A DNA stretch of 64,000 bases from an uncultured delta proteobacterium (GCA_963816145.1 CAWFJP010000001.1:160001-224000); one strand, 5' to 3'; positions 38,850-48,274 are shown, counted from the first letter of the stretch. Made by a program: numbers and translations. The notes: generated by a model not told the origin, from the letters alone.

Positions 38850-39845
38850 TTGTCCGAGATGAAGCATCGTTTTTCCTTCAAGAAATTTCTCTATTACCGA
38901 ACAGGGGAATATTGCCTAAGGGCAATTATCTTCCTCGTTCCGAGGATCCCGCAACGCCTGATCGTCCTCATCACGGCGGCGACCGTCCGACTAACTTTCG
39001 CTATTTTATGGTCATACCGAAAACTGATGGAAGTGAACGTCTCCATGGCCTTGAGCGACGAATCCTTACCGGTGGAGACGAGAAAGAGCGTGGCTCGTAC
39101 GACCTGGAGGAATTTTGTCCAGGGACTTTATGAGACTGCCTGCACCCTTTATACCTCCAGGGACGCGATATGTGCCAGCGTTGCTATTGAGGGCGAGGAG
39201 TATTTGAAGCGGGCTTTGGAAAAGGGCAACGGAGTGATCGCTCTCGGCCCTCATTTAGGAAATTTTACTATGATTGGTCCCCGTCTTGCCGCGGCCGAAT
39301 ACCCCGCCAGCATTTTAGTCAAGCAACCACCAGACGAAAGATTATCCCGCTTGCTTGACAGCTACAGAGCGAAGGCTGGGGTAAAAACGATATCGGCTAA
39401 GCCGCGCAGGCAGGCGGCCCGACAAATCCTTGGCGCATTAAGGCGGAACGAAGTGGTTATTATCCTCCCGGATGCGTTTAAATCTGGAAAAGTAAACACG
39501 CAGTTTTTGGGTGCCCCTGTCTATATTCGCCGTGGTCCCGTGACCCTGGCTTTACGCGCGGGCGCGGCGGTTCTTCCTATGTGTGTCACGCGCGACGCTG
39601 AGGATCGTCTGACCCTTCGTATCAGCCCTGAAATCGATCTCGTCAAGACAGGAGACCTGCAGCAGGATGTTGCTGCAAATCTCGCCCTGTTTACTCGTCA
39701 TTTGGAAGACATGGTGCGGCTGTATCCCGATCAGTGGTGTCGGCTTTCAGCGCAAGGAACGGAAAGCAATAATGTCCGGCCGATGTTTTCTGATTTTGTG
39801 CAGCCGGCAGTCGAACTGAAAGAGGTTAAAGAACGCCGCTCATGA
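38850..39845 (+). CDS. Lysophospholipid / LpxL-family acyltransferase
   Basis: GEEYLKRALEKGNGVI, HLGNF, FLG, LALRAGA, YPDQW. Confidence 0.8.
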   Translation: MSEMKHRFSFKKFLYYRTGEYCLRAIIFLVPRIPQRLIVLITAATVRLTFAILWSYRKLMEVNVSMALSDESLPVETRKSVARTTWRNFVQGLYETACTLYTSRDAICASVAIEGEEYLKRALEKGNGVIALGPHLGNFTMIGPRLAAAEYPASILVKQPPDERLSRLLDSYRAKAGVKTISAKPRRQAARQILGALRRNEVVIILPDAFKSGKVNTQFLGAPVYIRRGPVTLALRAGAAVLPMCVTRDAEDRLTLRISPEIDLVKTGDLQQDVAANLALFTRHLEDMVRLYPDQWCRLSAQGTESNNVRPMFSDFVQPAVELKEVKERRS

Positions 39846-40054
39846 AGCGTTCCGCTTCCTAGGATTGCTTCACCATCAACGAACAGCCTGAGCAGTTTCA
39901 CACCCAAGGCCGCAAAGACATTATAAAGCGTTATCCCCAGGTGAAGGTATTGTTTGGCCCTTATCCTCTGTCAGCCCTCCTCATTGTCGGGCTGGTCGCT
40001 CTGCAATGGACAGTGGCCTGGCTGCTTTGCGATCAGCCGTGGTACGTGATTTAG
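39842..40054 (+). pseudogene. N-terminal relic of DES1/DEGS-type sphingolipid delta-4 desaturase
   Basis: Manual translation MKRSAS*DCFTINEQPEQFHTQGRKDIIKRYPQVKVLFGPYPLSALLIVGLVALQWTVAWLLCDQPWYVI*. Confidence 0.6.
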
Positions 40055-40122
40055 CCCGGATTGCCACGCTGACGCCGTTTGGAACCAACCCTGGAAGCGC
40101 GGCCAAGTTTGCGTTGGTAACG

Positions 40123-41523
40123 TCAGCCCTGGGATGGCCTTGACTCTGAGGTGGCGGCGTCATAACGGCTCGGCGGTATGCACCGGCTTTCGAGAACGAG
40201 TTTAAACGCCCCGTGAGGTCCGAACGGAAAGCTTTGTTGCCGGCGGGGCCGAACCGCCGTGGCCGCATGGATGCTGAAGCGGCAATGGCGCAGCAGAGCC
40301 GCCAGGACCACTTTCATTTCGTAAAAAGCGAACGTTGCGCCCAGACAACGATGCGTCCCGCCGCCAAATGGCACGAATTCAAAAGGTGAATACTTGCGTT
40401 GGAGGAAGCGCTGGGGTTGGAACTCACCCGCCGCTGGATAGAGGTCCTCACGCATATGGACCAAGCTGGCGATCGACGCCACGCCATAGCCCGCCGGCAA
40501 CGAGTAGCCCAGAAATTGGAAGGGGCGGCGCAACAAGCGCGGCACCTCGGGCAATATCGGGCTCAATCGCAAGGTCTCGTTGCACACGGCATCCAGGTAA
40601 GGCAACGTCATAAGTTGCTTGAATTCGGCATCGTCTTCCACCGTCGCCAACTCGTCACATAAGTGCGCAAGCACTTCTGGGTGACGGTGCAACCAATAGA
40701 GCGCCCATGCCAACGCGCTTGCGAGCGTTTCGTGTCCGGCGGCCACGAGTGACACCAGCTGGTCGCGAATTTCCAAGTCGCTCAATCCGCTTCCATCTTC
40801 GTGCCGAACACTGAGCAGCAAGCCGAGAATGTCATCCTCGGAAGACGTGTGGCGAGCCTCGGCGATCAAGCTATAGACCGTGTCATCGAGCTGTTTCATG
40901 GCGCGGCAAAATTTCGCCCAAGGTCCGAATCCACCGAACTGATGCCGCAACATCGAAACAAATGTAATGGCGGGACTGGTGGTCTGTTGCACTGCGTGAA
41001 GAGAGGTTCTCAAGAGTGCCTTGCGATGTTCTTTGGCACCGAAAAAGACGCGCAAAATGATCTCGAAAGAGAGGGCTTGCATCGCTTCCTGGGCGACAAA
41101 CGGCTGCCCCATGGGCCACCCGGCCGCCGCCTCGGTGGCGATCGCCTGCATGGTCGAAGAAAACTGGACTACCTGACGGCCATGGAAACGAGGCATGAGC
41201 AGACGGCGCATGCGCAGGTGCGATACGCCGTTGGAGAGCATGAGAGACGAAGCCCCGAGAAACGGTTGCACGCTGGATTGGGCAAAAATGTCGAAAGTAT
41301 CGGGGTCGGCAGCAAAGATGGTTTCAATGCCCTCTGGCCGGCCCGTCACCACGAGAGGGCCAAACGGGGTGGGCATGAGAAACGGGTCGCCATAGAGACG
41401 CACGCAGCGGGCATAGAACCCACATGGGTCGCGCAAATAGCGAGCCACAACCAGCGGCATCCAACGCGGCCCTGGGGGAAAGCGGTCCACCACCTGCTCC
41501 CGATCACGAGATATGGCTGTCAT
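40123..41523 (-). CDS. Cytochrome P450
   Basis: AGHET, ETLR, FGGGTHRCLG. Confidence 0.95.
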   Translation of the reverse strand: MTAISRDREQVVDRFPPGPRWMPLVVARYLRDPCGFYARCVRLYGDPFLMPTPFGPLVVTGRPEGIETIFAADPDTFDIFAQSSVQPFLGASSLMLSNGVSHLRMRRLLMPRFHGRQVVQFSSTMQAIATEAAAGWPMGQPFVAQEAMQALSFEIILRVFFGAKEHRKALLRTSLHAVQQTTSPAITFVSMLRHQFGGFGPWAKFCRAMKQLDDTVYSLIAEARHTSSEDDILGLLLSVRHEDGSGLSDLEIRDQLVSLVAAGHETLASALAWALYWLHRHPEVLAHLCDELATVEDDAEFKQLMTLPYLDAVCNETLRLSPILPEVPRLLRRPFQFLGYSLPAGYGVASIASLVHMREDLYPAAGEFQPQRFLQRKYSPFEFVPFGGGTHRCLGATFAFYEMKVVLAALLRHCRFSIHAATAVRPRRQQSFPFGPHGAFKLVLESRCIPPSRYDAATSESRPSQG

Positions 41524-41739
41524 GGAGAGCCCAGCGGTTTACCGCGAGCATGCCTATCGCCACGCACCGATACCGTGATGATGGACACTTTAGCAACGTT
41601 ACTGGATACGATCTGGACAGGGCTTGTCATCGCTTTTCTACTGCCGCTCCCAACCTTTTTTCTCAAGGGAGCAGAGCATGCACGGACCGGGTCGATACCT
41701 GCCAGACGCTACCGAAGAGATTCCCGACGTCAACGACCT

Positions 41740-41985
41740 TGCTGCACCGAAAGTTGTTTGCGATCCTAACCAAAAGTAGACTCCATGTCCACACGCCGTT
41801 GCCCACGGAGAAACGCCGCGCATGAACTGGGCCCGGCTGCTCAAACGGGTCTTCGACATCGACATCGAACACTGCCCGAACTGCGGCCGCAGCTTGAAGA
41901 TCTTGCCGCGATCGAAGATCCGCCGGCGATCGACAAGATCCTCAGCCATCTGGGCCTACCGACCCGCGCCCCGCCGCGCTTCCCG
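41740..41985 (+). pseudogene. IS91/ISCR-like transposase C-terminal relic
   Basis: MNWARLLKRVFDIDIEHCPNCG, then after a frameshift AAIEDPPAIDKILSHLGLPTRAPPR. Confidence 0.8.
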
Positions 41986-42322
41986 GCTAACTCTTCAAAG
42001 GTTTTCCCTGCGCTCTCCATCGTCAGCTTCTCTATTATCGCATCAATAGCTCGTAACCGACCTCTCGCCATCGCTCGGCTTCCTGTGCCCGGCGCACCTG
42101 CGCTAAATGTACCACTGCTCCCAGACAGACTCTCCCATCGGTGATTTTTGGTTCGAGTCCTGAGCAGGCAGAGAATCCCTGCTTCTCCAAAGCCCCTTGC
42201 CAGCTCTTCCTCACTCCTGGGAGCTCAGGGCCTGCTAAAAACAGGTATTGTTTCCCACGATCAGCGGGGCGCTGTGTGTGTAATTCCGTATAGGCATTCC
42301 TGTTTATGCTGGTGGAATCTGT

Positions 42323-43369
42323 CTAACTCGGTTCTTTTCGGCTCGGAGACGGGACGACAATCGCCGCAGACGCACGCTCTAGACCGCACTTTGGCTCGGT
42401 CAGCCAATGGCTCAGATCGCGCTGCAGCAGATTGGAGAGCTTGGTCACGTCCTCCGCAAGCGTGTCTCGCAGCATCTGCTTGACGTCGGGAGCCAGAGGT
42501 GTTGGGCGCGTGCTAATCGTGTTCCACCGCGCCAACCGTTCCAGCCTAGATTTTTTACCGGTGGCTTTCTTCTTCTGGTCCATCTTCCAGATCAGGTCTA
42601 AGGTATCGACCACATGCGCCTTGCTCGCCAGAGGGGCGTAGAGCAACCTCTGTAGCCAATGATAGCGGTAGATACGGCTCCCGAGCTTCCGCTGAAATTT
42701 CGTTCTGCCGTCGTACTCAACCCCTATAAACTGAAGCACGTGTTTGTACACCGTCAGTGGGTCGCGCACGAGGTCGTCGAGGAGGAGAACAAGGCAGCGG
42801 TCGCGCCCGGCGAGTTGATAGAGGCGCTCGATCTGCAGTCCAAAGCTGGCGACCTCACGGTACATCAGTAGTTGGGGGGCAAAGCAGTGTTTGGGAATCC
42901 GCTCGCCTCGTGCTCTCATTTCCTGCAAACTCCAGGCGGTGGCAAAGTCCTCTACATCTTCCATGAAGGTGAAGCGCATCCGCAAATGATACGAGGCAAG
43001 CATGTCCAGCGGATTACGTAAGATGGCAATGAACCTGGCCTGTGGGTTGAGGCTCAAAATTCGCCGTAGGGCATCGGGAGAGTAGAGGTAAGAAACAGAC
43101 CCCTCTCCGATCGCCTTATGACTTTCCCGATAGTGAGAAAAGTAACGCGCCAAGTAGGCGGTCTCTAAGTCGTCGAGCGAGGCGCGCGACGCGAACAACG
43201 AGAAATAGTGTGGCTCCTTAGGCCGCGAGAAGCACACCTGCGGGTTATTTGCGAGGTAGTTGCTCAACGAAGTCGTGCCGCACCGCGGTGCCCCGATGAG
43301 GAAAAAATCCGGAAAACGCTCTGGCTTTGTCAAGATGTTCCCTCCGCTAGTAATGCTGTCCAAATGCAT
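42323..43369 (-). CDS. PAPS-dependent sulfotransferase
   Basis: IGAPRCGTTSL, KEPHYF, GEGSVSY, LRNP..MLASY. Confidence 0.9.
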   Translation of the reverse strand: MHLDSITSGGNILTKPERFPDFFLIGAPRCGTTSLSNYLANNPQVCFSRPKEPHYFSLFASRASLDDLETAYLARYFSHYRESHKAIGEGSVSYLYSPDALRRILSLNPQARFIAILRNPLDMLASYHLRMRFTFMEDVEDFATAWSLQEMRARGERIPKHCFAPQLLMYREVASFGLQIERLYQLAGRDRCLVLLLDDLVRDPLTVYKHVLQFIGVEYDGRTKFQRKLGSRIYRYHWLQRLLYAPLASKAHVVDTLDLIWKMDQKKKATGKKSRLERLARWNTISTRPTPLAPDVKQMLRDTLAEDVTKLSNLLQRDLSHWLTEPKCGLERASAAIVVPSPSRKEPS

Positions 43370-43775
43370 AATAGATGTAGGACGTGCGCAGCGCGCCCCC
43401 CCCGGTGGGTACTCCGCGCCCTAAAAAGCTGCCCACCGCCTCGTCGTTCACCGCCTGTTTCAATTCAGCTCGCTCGGAGGCGGCGGGCCAAAATTTTGCT
43501 TGTGGTGTAATCTACCGCACTGCGCTGTTCAGCGCTACCCCGACGAACGGGCCATGATCGTTGTGAAGTCTGCCCGGCTCTCGAACTCCGAATAAAAACT
43601 GCCGATCTTACTGTTCTTGCTCAGATGTATGAACCGTGGCGGTTGCCACGGAGATCAGCCCAATCCAAGTGGCGCCCACTATGTCTCATGTGCATGGGTT
43701 CGGGCGCTTCGGAGCGACGGGCGCCGTCGACGCGGGTGCCGGGATTCCTTGCTCCTTCCGCCGGAATCCGAGATA

Positions 43776-44570
43776 ATGCGAGGCATGCTTGACGTGGCGT
43801 CGGTGACGAGCACCGTATGTGAACTCTTCGGGATTCCCAGACCGGCCGATTGCGTCGCGCCCCCATTCAGCGAGGTCGCTGCATTCGCGGCGCGTCGAAC
43901 CGTGACGAAGGCACTCGTGTTCGCAGCCGACGCGATCGGTGCGCACATGGTCCGCTCATACGCTGAGGCCTTTGAGCCGGTCGCGCGCCACGCACCAACA
44001 TCGGTTGAAGCTTGCGCCGTGATGCCCTCGGTCACACCCGTCTGCTTCGCATCGATGTTCACGGGCGCCCCTCCGGACACCCATGGCATCCGCAAGTCCG
44101 AAAAGCCGACGCTGACCTGCGACACCCTCTTCGACGCGCTCTCGCGGGCTGGCCACCGTGTCGCCATAGTGGCCGTGAAGAACTCCTCAATCGATCTGAT
44201 CTTCCGGAATCGGAGGATTGACTACTTCACCGAGACCTACGACGAGGAGGTGGTTGAGCGGACGCTCAACCTCGTCGCAGCGAACCAGCATGACTTCATT
44301 CTGGCTTACCAGCAGGAGTACGACGACAAGATGCACGCCACGTTACCACGGAGTCCAGAGGCGCTGCGCGCGATGGCCAACCACGTACGCAACTTCGATC
44401 GGGTCGCTCGCGCGGCACGCGAAAGGTGGGCTACCATGTCACACACCGTTGCATTCGTGTCAGATCACGGCACGCACATCGATCCATCGACGGGGCGTGG
44501 GACGCACGGCAGCAACCTGGCGGACGACCTCGAGGTGCGTCTCTTCTGGGGAGTTCACTTCCCGGTCTAA
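43776..44570 (+). CDS. Alkaline phosphatase superfamily (NPP/phosphodiesterase-like)
   Basis: ADAIG, PSVTPVCFASMFTG, DDKMH, SDHG, THG. Confidence 0.75.
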   Translation: MRGMLDVASVTSTVCELFGIPRPADCVAPPFSEVAAFAARRTVTKALVFAADAIGAHMVRSYAEAFEPVARHAPTSVEACAVMPSVTPVCFASMFTGAPPDTHGIRKSEKPTLTCDTLFDALSRAGHRVAIVAVKNSSIDLIFRNRRIDYFTETYDEEVVERTLNLVAANQHDFILAYQQEYDDKMHATLPRSPEALRAMANHVRNFDRVARAARERWATMSHTVAFVSDHGTHIDPSTGRGTHGSNLADDLEVRLFWGVHFPV

Positions 44571-44622
44571 CGCTCGCAGAACCCGAATGGCGACGTAAAG
44601 CGCAGATAATGCGTGGCAACCT

Positions 44623-44673
44623 AACCAACAAGGATTGAGACGACTTCTGAAGTTGTCTCAATCCTTGTTGGTT
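44623..44673. repeat. Near-perfect 25-bp-arm inverted repeat
   Basis: AACCAACAAGGATTGAGACGACTTC-T-GAAGTTGTCTCAATCCTTGTTGGTT, one mismatch. Confidence 0.9.
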
Positions 44674-44680
44674 GTGCTAG

Positions 44681-46262
44681 GAGTTTGCGCCGCAGAAAAA
44701 TATTCTTGTCTCTGATTCGCAAGGGCGTATAAGGAAAAGAAATGTTGCGCTGAGTGTGAGGTGGAGATGTCGACATCTTTTCTTCCCTACGAGCCGAATC
44801 AGACATTTTTGCTACCGCCCTCGCCGTCGGAGTGGTTGGCCGAAGATCATCTGGTGTATTTCGTCAGCGAGATCATCGATCGGTTGGAGTTGGGGAAGTT
44901 TTATGCCCGCTACGAAGGAGACGGGCGGCGAAACCAGCCGTACGATCCAGCGCTGTTGGTCAAGGTGTTGGTGTACGGGTATGCCACCCGAGTCTTCTCT
45001 TCGCGCCAGCTGGCGCGAAAGCTTTACGAGGACGTAGGGTTTCGGGTCTTGGGAGCAGGCAATTTTCCATCGCACCGAACGATCTGTGAATTTCGGATGA
45101 GGCATTTGCCAGAGCTTAAAGAGTTGTTTGTCGCGGTGGCGCGGCTGGCCAAAGAGATGGGATTGGTCAAGCTTGGGACGGTGGCGTTGGATGGGACCAA
45201 AGTCAAAGCGCAGGCGAGCAAGCACAAAGCGATGAGCTACGGGCGGATGAAGGAACAAGAACAAAAGCTTAAAGCGGAGATCGAAGCGCTGTTGGAGCGA
45301 GCGCAACAGACCGACGTTCAAGAGGACGCACAATGGGGAGCGGATCAGAGCGAAGAGCCGCTGCCCCAGGAGCTCAAAAGACGGCAAGATCGTTTGGCCA
45401 AGATTGAAGCGGCCAAGCAACGCTTGGAAGAGCGCCAAGCTCAAGCCGATCGGGAGCGGGGGCGCCATCCCGATGATGAGCAGCGCCGAGGGGATGGAGC
45501 CGGGCGGCCGTTCAAGCGGCCCTTCGGGGTACCCCAGGACAAAGCGCAGGATAACTTCACCGATCCCCAGTCGCGCATCATGAAGATGGGCGGGAGTTTT
45601 GAACAGTGCTACAACGCGCAGGTGGTGGTCGATGGTGACAGTCAGCTGATCGTGGCGATTGGGCTGGGCAACAACGCGGCGGACAACGAGCAATTGGTGC
45701 CGATGGTGGAAGCGGTTAAGGAGAATCTCGGCCTTCTGCCCAAACGAGTGTTGGGCGATGCGGGTTTTCGCTCCGAAGATGGCTTTGCGAAACTGGCAAC
45801 GCAAAATTATGAGGGGATGGAAGTGTTGGTGGCGTTGGGGCGGGAGGGAAAAGATCAAGCGGCGATTGATCCCAAGCTGTATCCCGCTACGGTGCGCATG
45901 GCCGAGCGGCTGGCCAGCAAAGAAGGTCAAGCGCACTATCGGCGGCGCAAAGCGATCGTGGAGCCGGTATTTGGTTGGATCAAGCATGCGATGGGGTTTC
46001 GTCAATTCAGTTTACGAGGGATCGACAAAGTCGCGGGCGAGTGGGGCTTGGTGTGTCTGGCGCTCAACCTGCGACGCATGTGGGCGCTCCAATTCTAAAT
46101 ATCCACGGCTTGCTGAGGTGTCATAGGCATGCGCGACGCCATTTTTGAGTTGGTTGTGGTTCGCGCTGCACCAAGCGGTTAACCGAGAGGTAAAATCTTG
46201 CTCTGCTGTTGCTGCCATCACATCCGGCCTGCTAAAAACGATCGTTTCTGCAGCGCAAACTC
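44681..46262 (+). mobile_element. IS1182-family insertion sequence, copy 2 (1582 bp)
   Basis: Same IRs as copy 1; CTAG at 44677-44680 and 46263-46266. Confidence 0.93.
44761..46098 (+). CDS. IS1182-family DDE transposase
   Basis: Protein identical to 730..2067. Confidence 0.93.
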   Translation: MEMSTSFLPYEPNQTFLLPPSPSEWLAEDHLVYFVSEIIDRLELGKFYARYEGDGRRNQPYDPALLVKVLVYGYATRVFSSRQLARKLYEDVGFRVLGAGNFPSHRTICEFRMRHLPELKELFVAVARLAKEMGLVKLGTVALDGTKVKAQASKHKAMSYGRMKEQEQKLKAEIEALLERAQQTDVQEDAQWGADQSEEPLPQELKRRQDRLAKIEAAKQRLEERQAQADRERGRHPDDEQRRGDGAGRPFKRPFGVPQDKAQDNFTDPQSRIMKMGGSFEQCYNAQVVVDGDSQLIVAIGLGNNAADNEQLVPMVEAVKENLGLLPKRVLGDAGFRSEDGFAKLATQNYEGMEVLVALGREGKDQAAIDPKLYPATVRMAERLASKEGQAHYRRRKAIVEPVFGWIKHAMGFRQFSLRGIDKVAGEWGLVCLALNLRRMWALQF

Positions 46263-46313
46263 CTAGGGCAAAATAACTGGGCATGTCAAGGTGAATTGCT
46301 GCACTCGCGCTAT

Positions 46314-46448
46314 GAAGACGTGGACCTCGCCACCGTCAAGGAGATATTGGGACAACGGGAAATCGAGATGACCTTCTTAAGGTATTCCCACCTAGCACCC
46401 GCGCACATAGCGAAAGCCGAGGATAAGCTTTGGGGAAACCTTGAATAA
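46314..46448 (+). pseudogene. C-terminal relic of a tyrosine integrase
   Basis: EDVDLATVKEILGQREIEMTFLRYSHLAPAH; ~160 bp from the tmRNA 3' end. Confidence 0.8.
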
Positions 46449-46605
46449 TGCGGTGCAGAACCGCAAACAGCAGGGCCAAGAACCCCGCGCTTTGGCTTTG
46501 AACCTGGCACAAAACAGGAACATTTTCCTGGTGAGAAGCGGTCGCGGACTATCTGTGGCTGAGCCGAAAGAGCCTATAAATCAAGCTCTTAGCCAATCTG
46601 CCGAT

Positions 46606-46958
46606 TGGTGGAGGCGGGGGGAATTGAACCCCCGTCCGAGAGTCTTCCATCAGCTATGACTACATGCTTAGCCGTCAATTTGATTTCGCTTTTCGAGCCC
46701 CCAACGGCAGGGTTTCTGAAGCTATCCGGCTTAGTTTTCGGCCTTAGCCCCTCCGGCAGAAGAATCGGCCTATCCCACTGAATGACATCTTATCCGGCCT
46801 CGCGGGAGAAAACCGGTAAGACGCTAACCGCGATTAAGCAGCTAGTTGATATTCAAAATCGTCTGCGTTTATATTTGCAGATCTGTTTGTTTAACGGGAT
46901 AACAGAACCCCGGCATGCCACTCTGACTTCCTACCCCCGTCGAAACCACGTCGCCCCC
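46606..46958 (-). ncRNA. ssrA: tmRNA
   Basis: 5' GGGGGCGACGTGGTTTCGAC; 3' GTTCAATTCCCCCCGCCTCCACCA; tag ORF ADDFEYQLAA* at 46866-46834; next to smpB. Confidence 0.95.
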
Positions 46959-47027
46959 TTATGATTGATAGAAGATAGTGTAGCGTTTTGCAGTGGGTGA
47001 TACTAGACCAGGCCTTCGAACGAAGGC

Positions 47028-47148
47028 GGTTCTAGGGTTCAAAGGTTCATGCGTTCAACGTCGGACAACGGAACGATAAATTCCACCGCAGCACCTACTT
47101 TGAACGCTTGAACTTTTGAACCTTGAAGCGGCGCCGAAGGCGCCGCTT
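47028..47148. repeat. Inverted short-period GTTCAA/TTGAAC tandem arms plus GC hairpin
   Basis: Four GTTCaa-type units, spacer, four TTGAA units, then AAGCGGCGCCGAAGGCGCCGCTT. Confidence 0.7.
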
Positions 47149-47623
47149 ACCGCCTGGCGCGGATGGACCGGTCCATTTCGCGGGCCGCCTCGTGGCGCTT
47201 GAGGGTTTCGCGTTTGTCGTAATTCTTTTTGCCGCGGGCAAGCCCTAGTTCGACCTTGGCCCGGCCATTTTTGAAATACAGCTTGAGGGGGATCAGCGTC
47301 AGGCCGCGTTCCTTGGTCTTGCCGGTGAGCCGTTCGATCTCGCGTTCGTGCAGGAGCAGTTTGCGCAGCCGTGTCGGCTCGTGGTTGAACTGGTTCGCTC
47401 CGGGATAGGCGCTTATATGAGAGTTGACGAGGAACGCTTCGCCCTTATGAATGCGCGCGTAGCTATCGACCAAATTGGCCTTGCCGTCGCGCAGCGATTT
47501 GACTTCGCTGCCGACCAGCACCAAGCCCGCTTCGAAAACCTCGTCGATGAAATAGTTGTGGCGCGCCTGGCGATTGACACATATGATTTGCTCGCCGGCG
47601 GACGCGGATTTTTTAGTTGCCAT
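47147..47623 (-). CDS. smpB: SsrA-binding protein
   Basis: NRQARHNY, GSEVKSLR, RKLLLH, GKKNYDKRE. Confidence 0.97.
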   Translation of the reverse strand: MATKKSASAGEQIICVNRQARHNYFIDEVFEAGLVLVGSEVKSLRDGKANLVDSYARIHKGEAFLVNSHISAYPGANQFNHEPTRLRKLLLHEREIERLTGKTKERGLTLIPLKLYFKNGRAKVELGLARGKKNYDKRETLKRHEAAREMDRSIRARR

Positions 47624-48272
47624 TGATTCGGTACTTACTATCGTCCGGCGTGATCAGACCGCTCGAGGTAATCAGCTTGAGCGCCTCTTCCATCGTCATG
47701 TTGAGCACCGTCACCTCGTTGATCGGCACGAGCAAAAAAAAGCCGGCGGTCGGGTTGGGCGTCGTCGGCACAAAGACATTGACCAATTGGGCGTTCTTTT
47801 TTTCCTCGAGGGGAGCCCACGCCCGGCCCATGGCGAATCCCACTGTATACACGCCGGTGCGGGGATATTCGATCATGACGACCTGGCGGTTGGCCTGGGA
47901 CTGGCCGAGAAAGGTCTGCACGAGTTTTTGCACCGCGCTGTAGATGCCACGAAAAATCGGAATCTGCACTAGGATACTTTCCCAGGCGGCAAGGAAGCGC
48001 CGGGTGGCGACACCGCGGGTGAGAATCCCCAGGAAGAGAATCAATAGCAGCGTGACTAACGCGCCCAGCTTCGGAATGGCAAACGGCAAGTAGAAGTTGG
48101 GATGCAGGGCGTCGGGCATGACCGCCAAAACGCTGTCGAGCAAATCGATCACCCAACCGATAAACCAAAGCGTGATCGCCACCGGCAGAAATACCAGCAA
48201 GCCGGCGAGGAAATAGCGCTGCAAGCTGTCACGCCAACGGGTCTTAGGTTTTGCTGGAATTTCTTCTTCCAC
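47613..48272 (-). CDS. DUF502 membrane protein
   Basis: FLAGLLVFLP, IEYPR, VPTTPNPTAGF. Confidence 0.9.
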   Translation of the reverse strand: MEEEIPAKPKTRWRDSLQRYFLAGLLVFLPVAITLWFIGWVIDLLDSVLAVMPDALHPNFYLPFAIPKLGALVTLLLILFLGILTRGVATRRFLAAWESILVQIPIFRGIYSAVQKLVQTFLGQSQANRQVVMIEYPRTGVYTVGFAMGRAWAPLEEKKNAQLVNVFVPTTPNPTAGFFLLVPINEVTVLNMTMEEALKLITSSGLITPDDSKYRINGN

Positions 48273-48274
48273 GG

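Noticed and set aside
39860-39862. TAG read-through (pyrrolysine) in the DES1-like frame
   Set aside because: The frame ends at a second TAG and the rest of the gene is missing, so decay is the simpler explanation
41990-42320. Possible decayed gene fragments (also 13420-13640)
   Set aside because: Multiple stops and no family I could recognise
44565-44620. Integron attC site after the phosphatase gene (GTCTAAC at its stop)
   Set aside because: No matching GTTRRRY end or paired L boxes found, and no integron integrase
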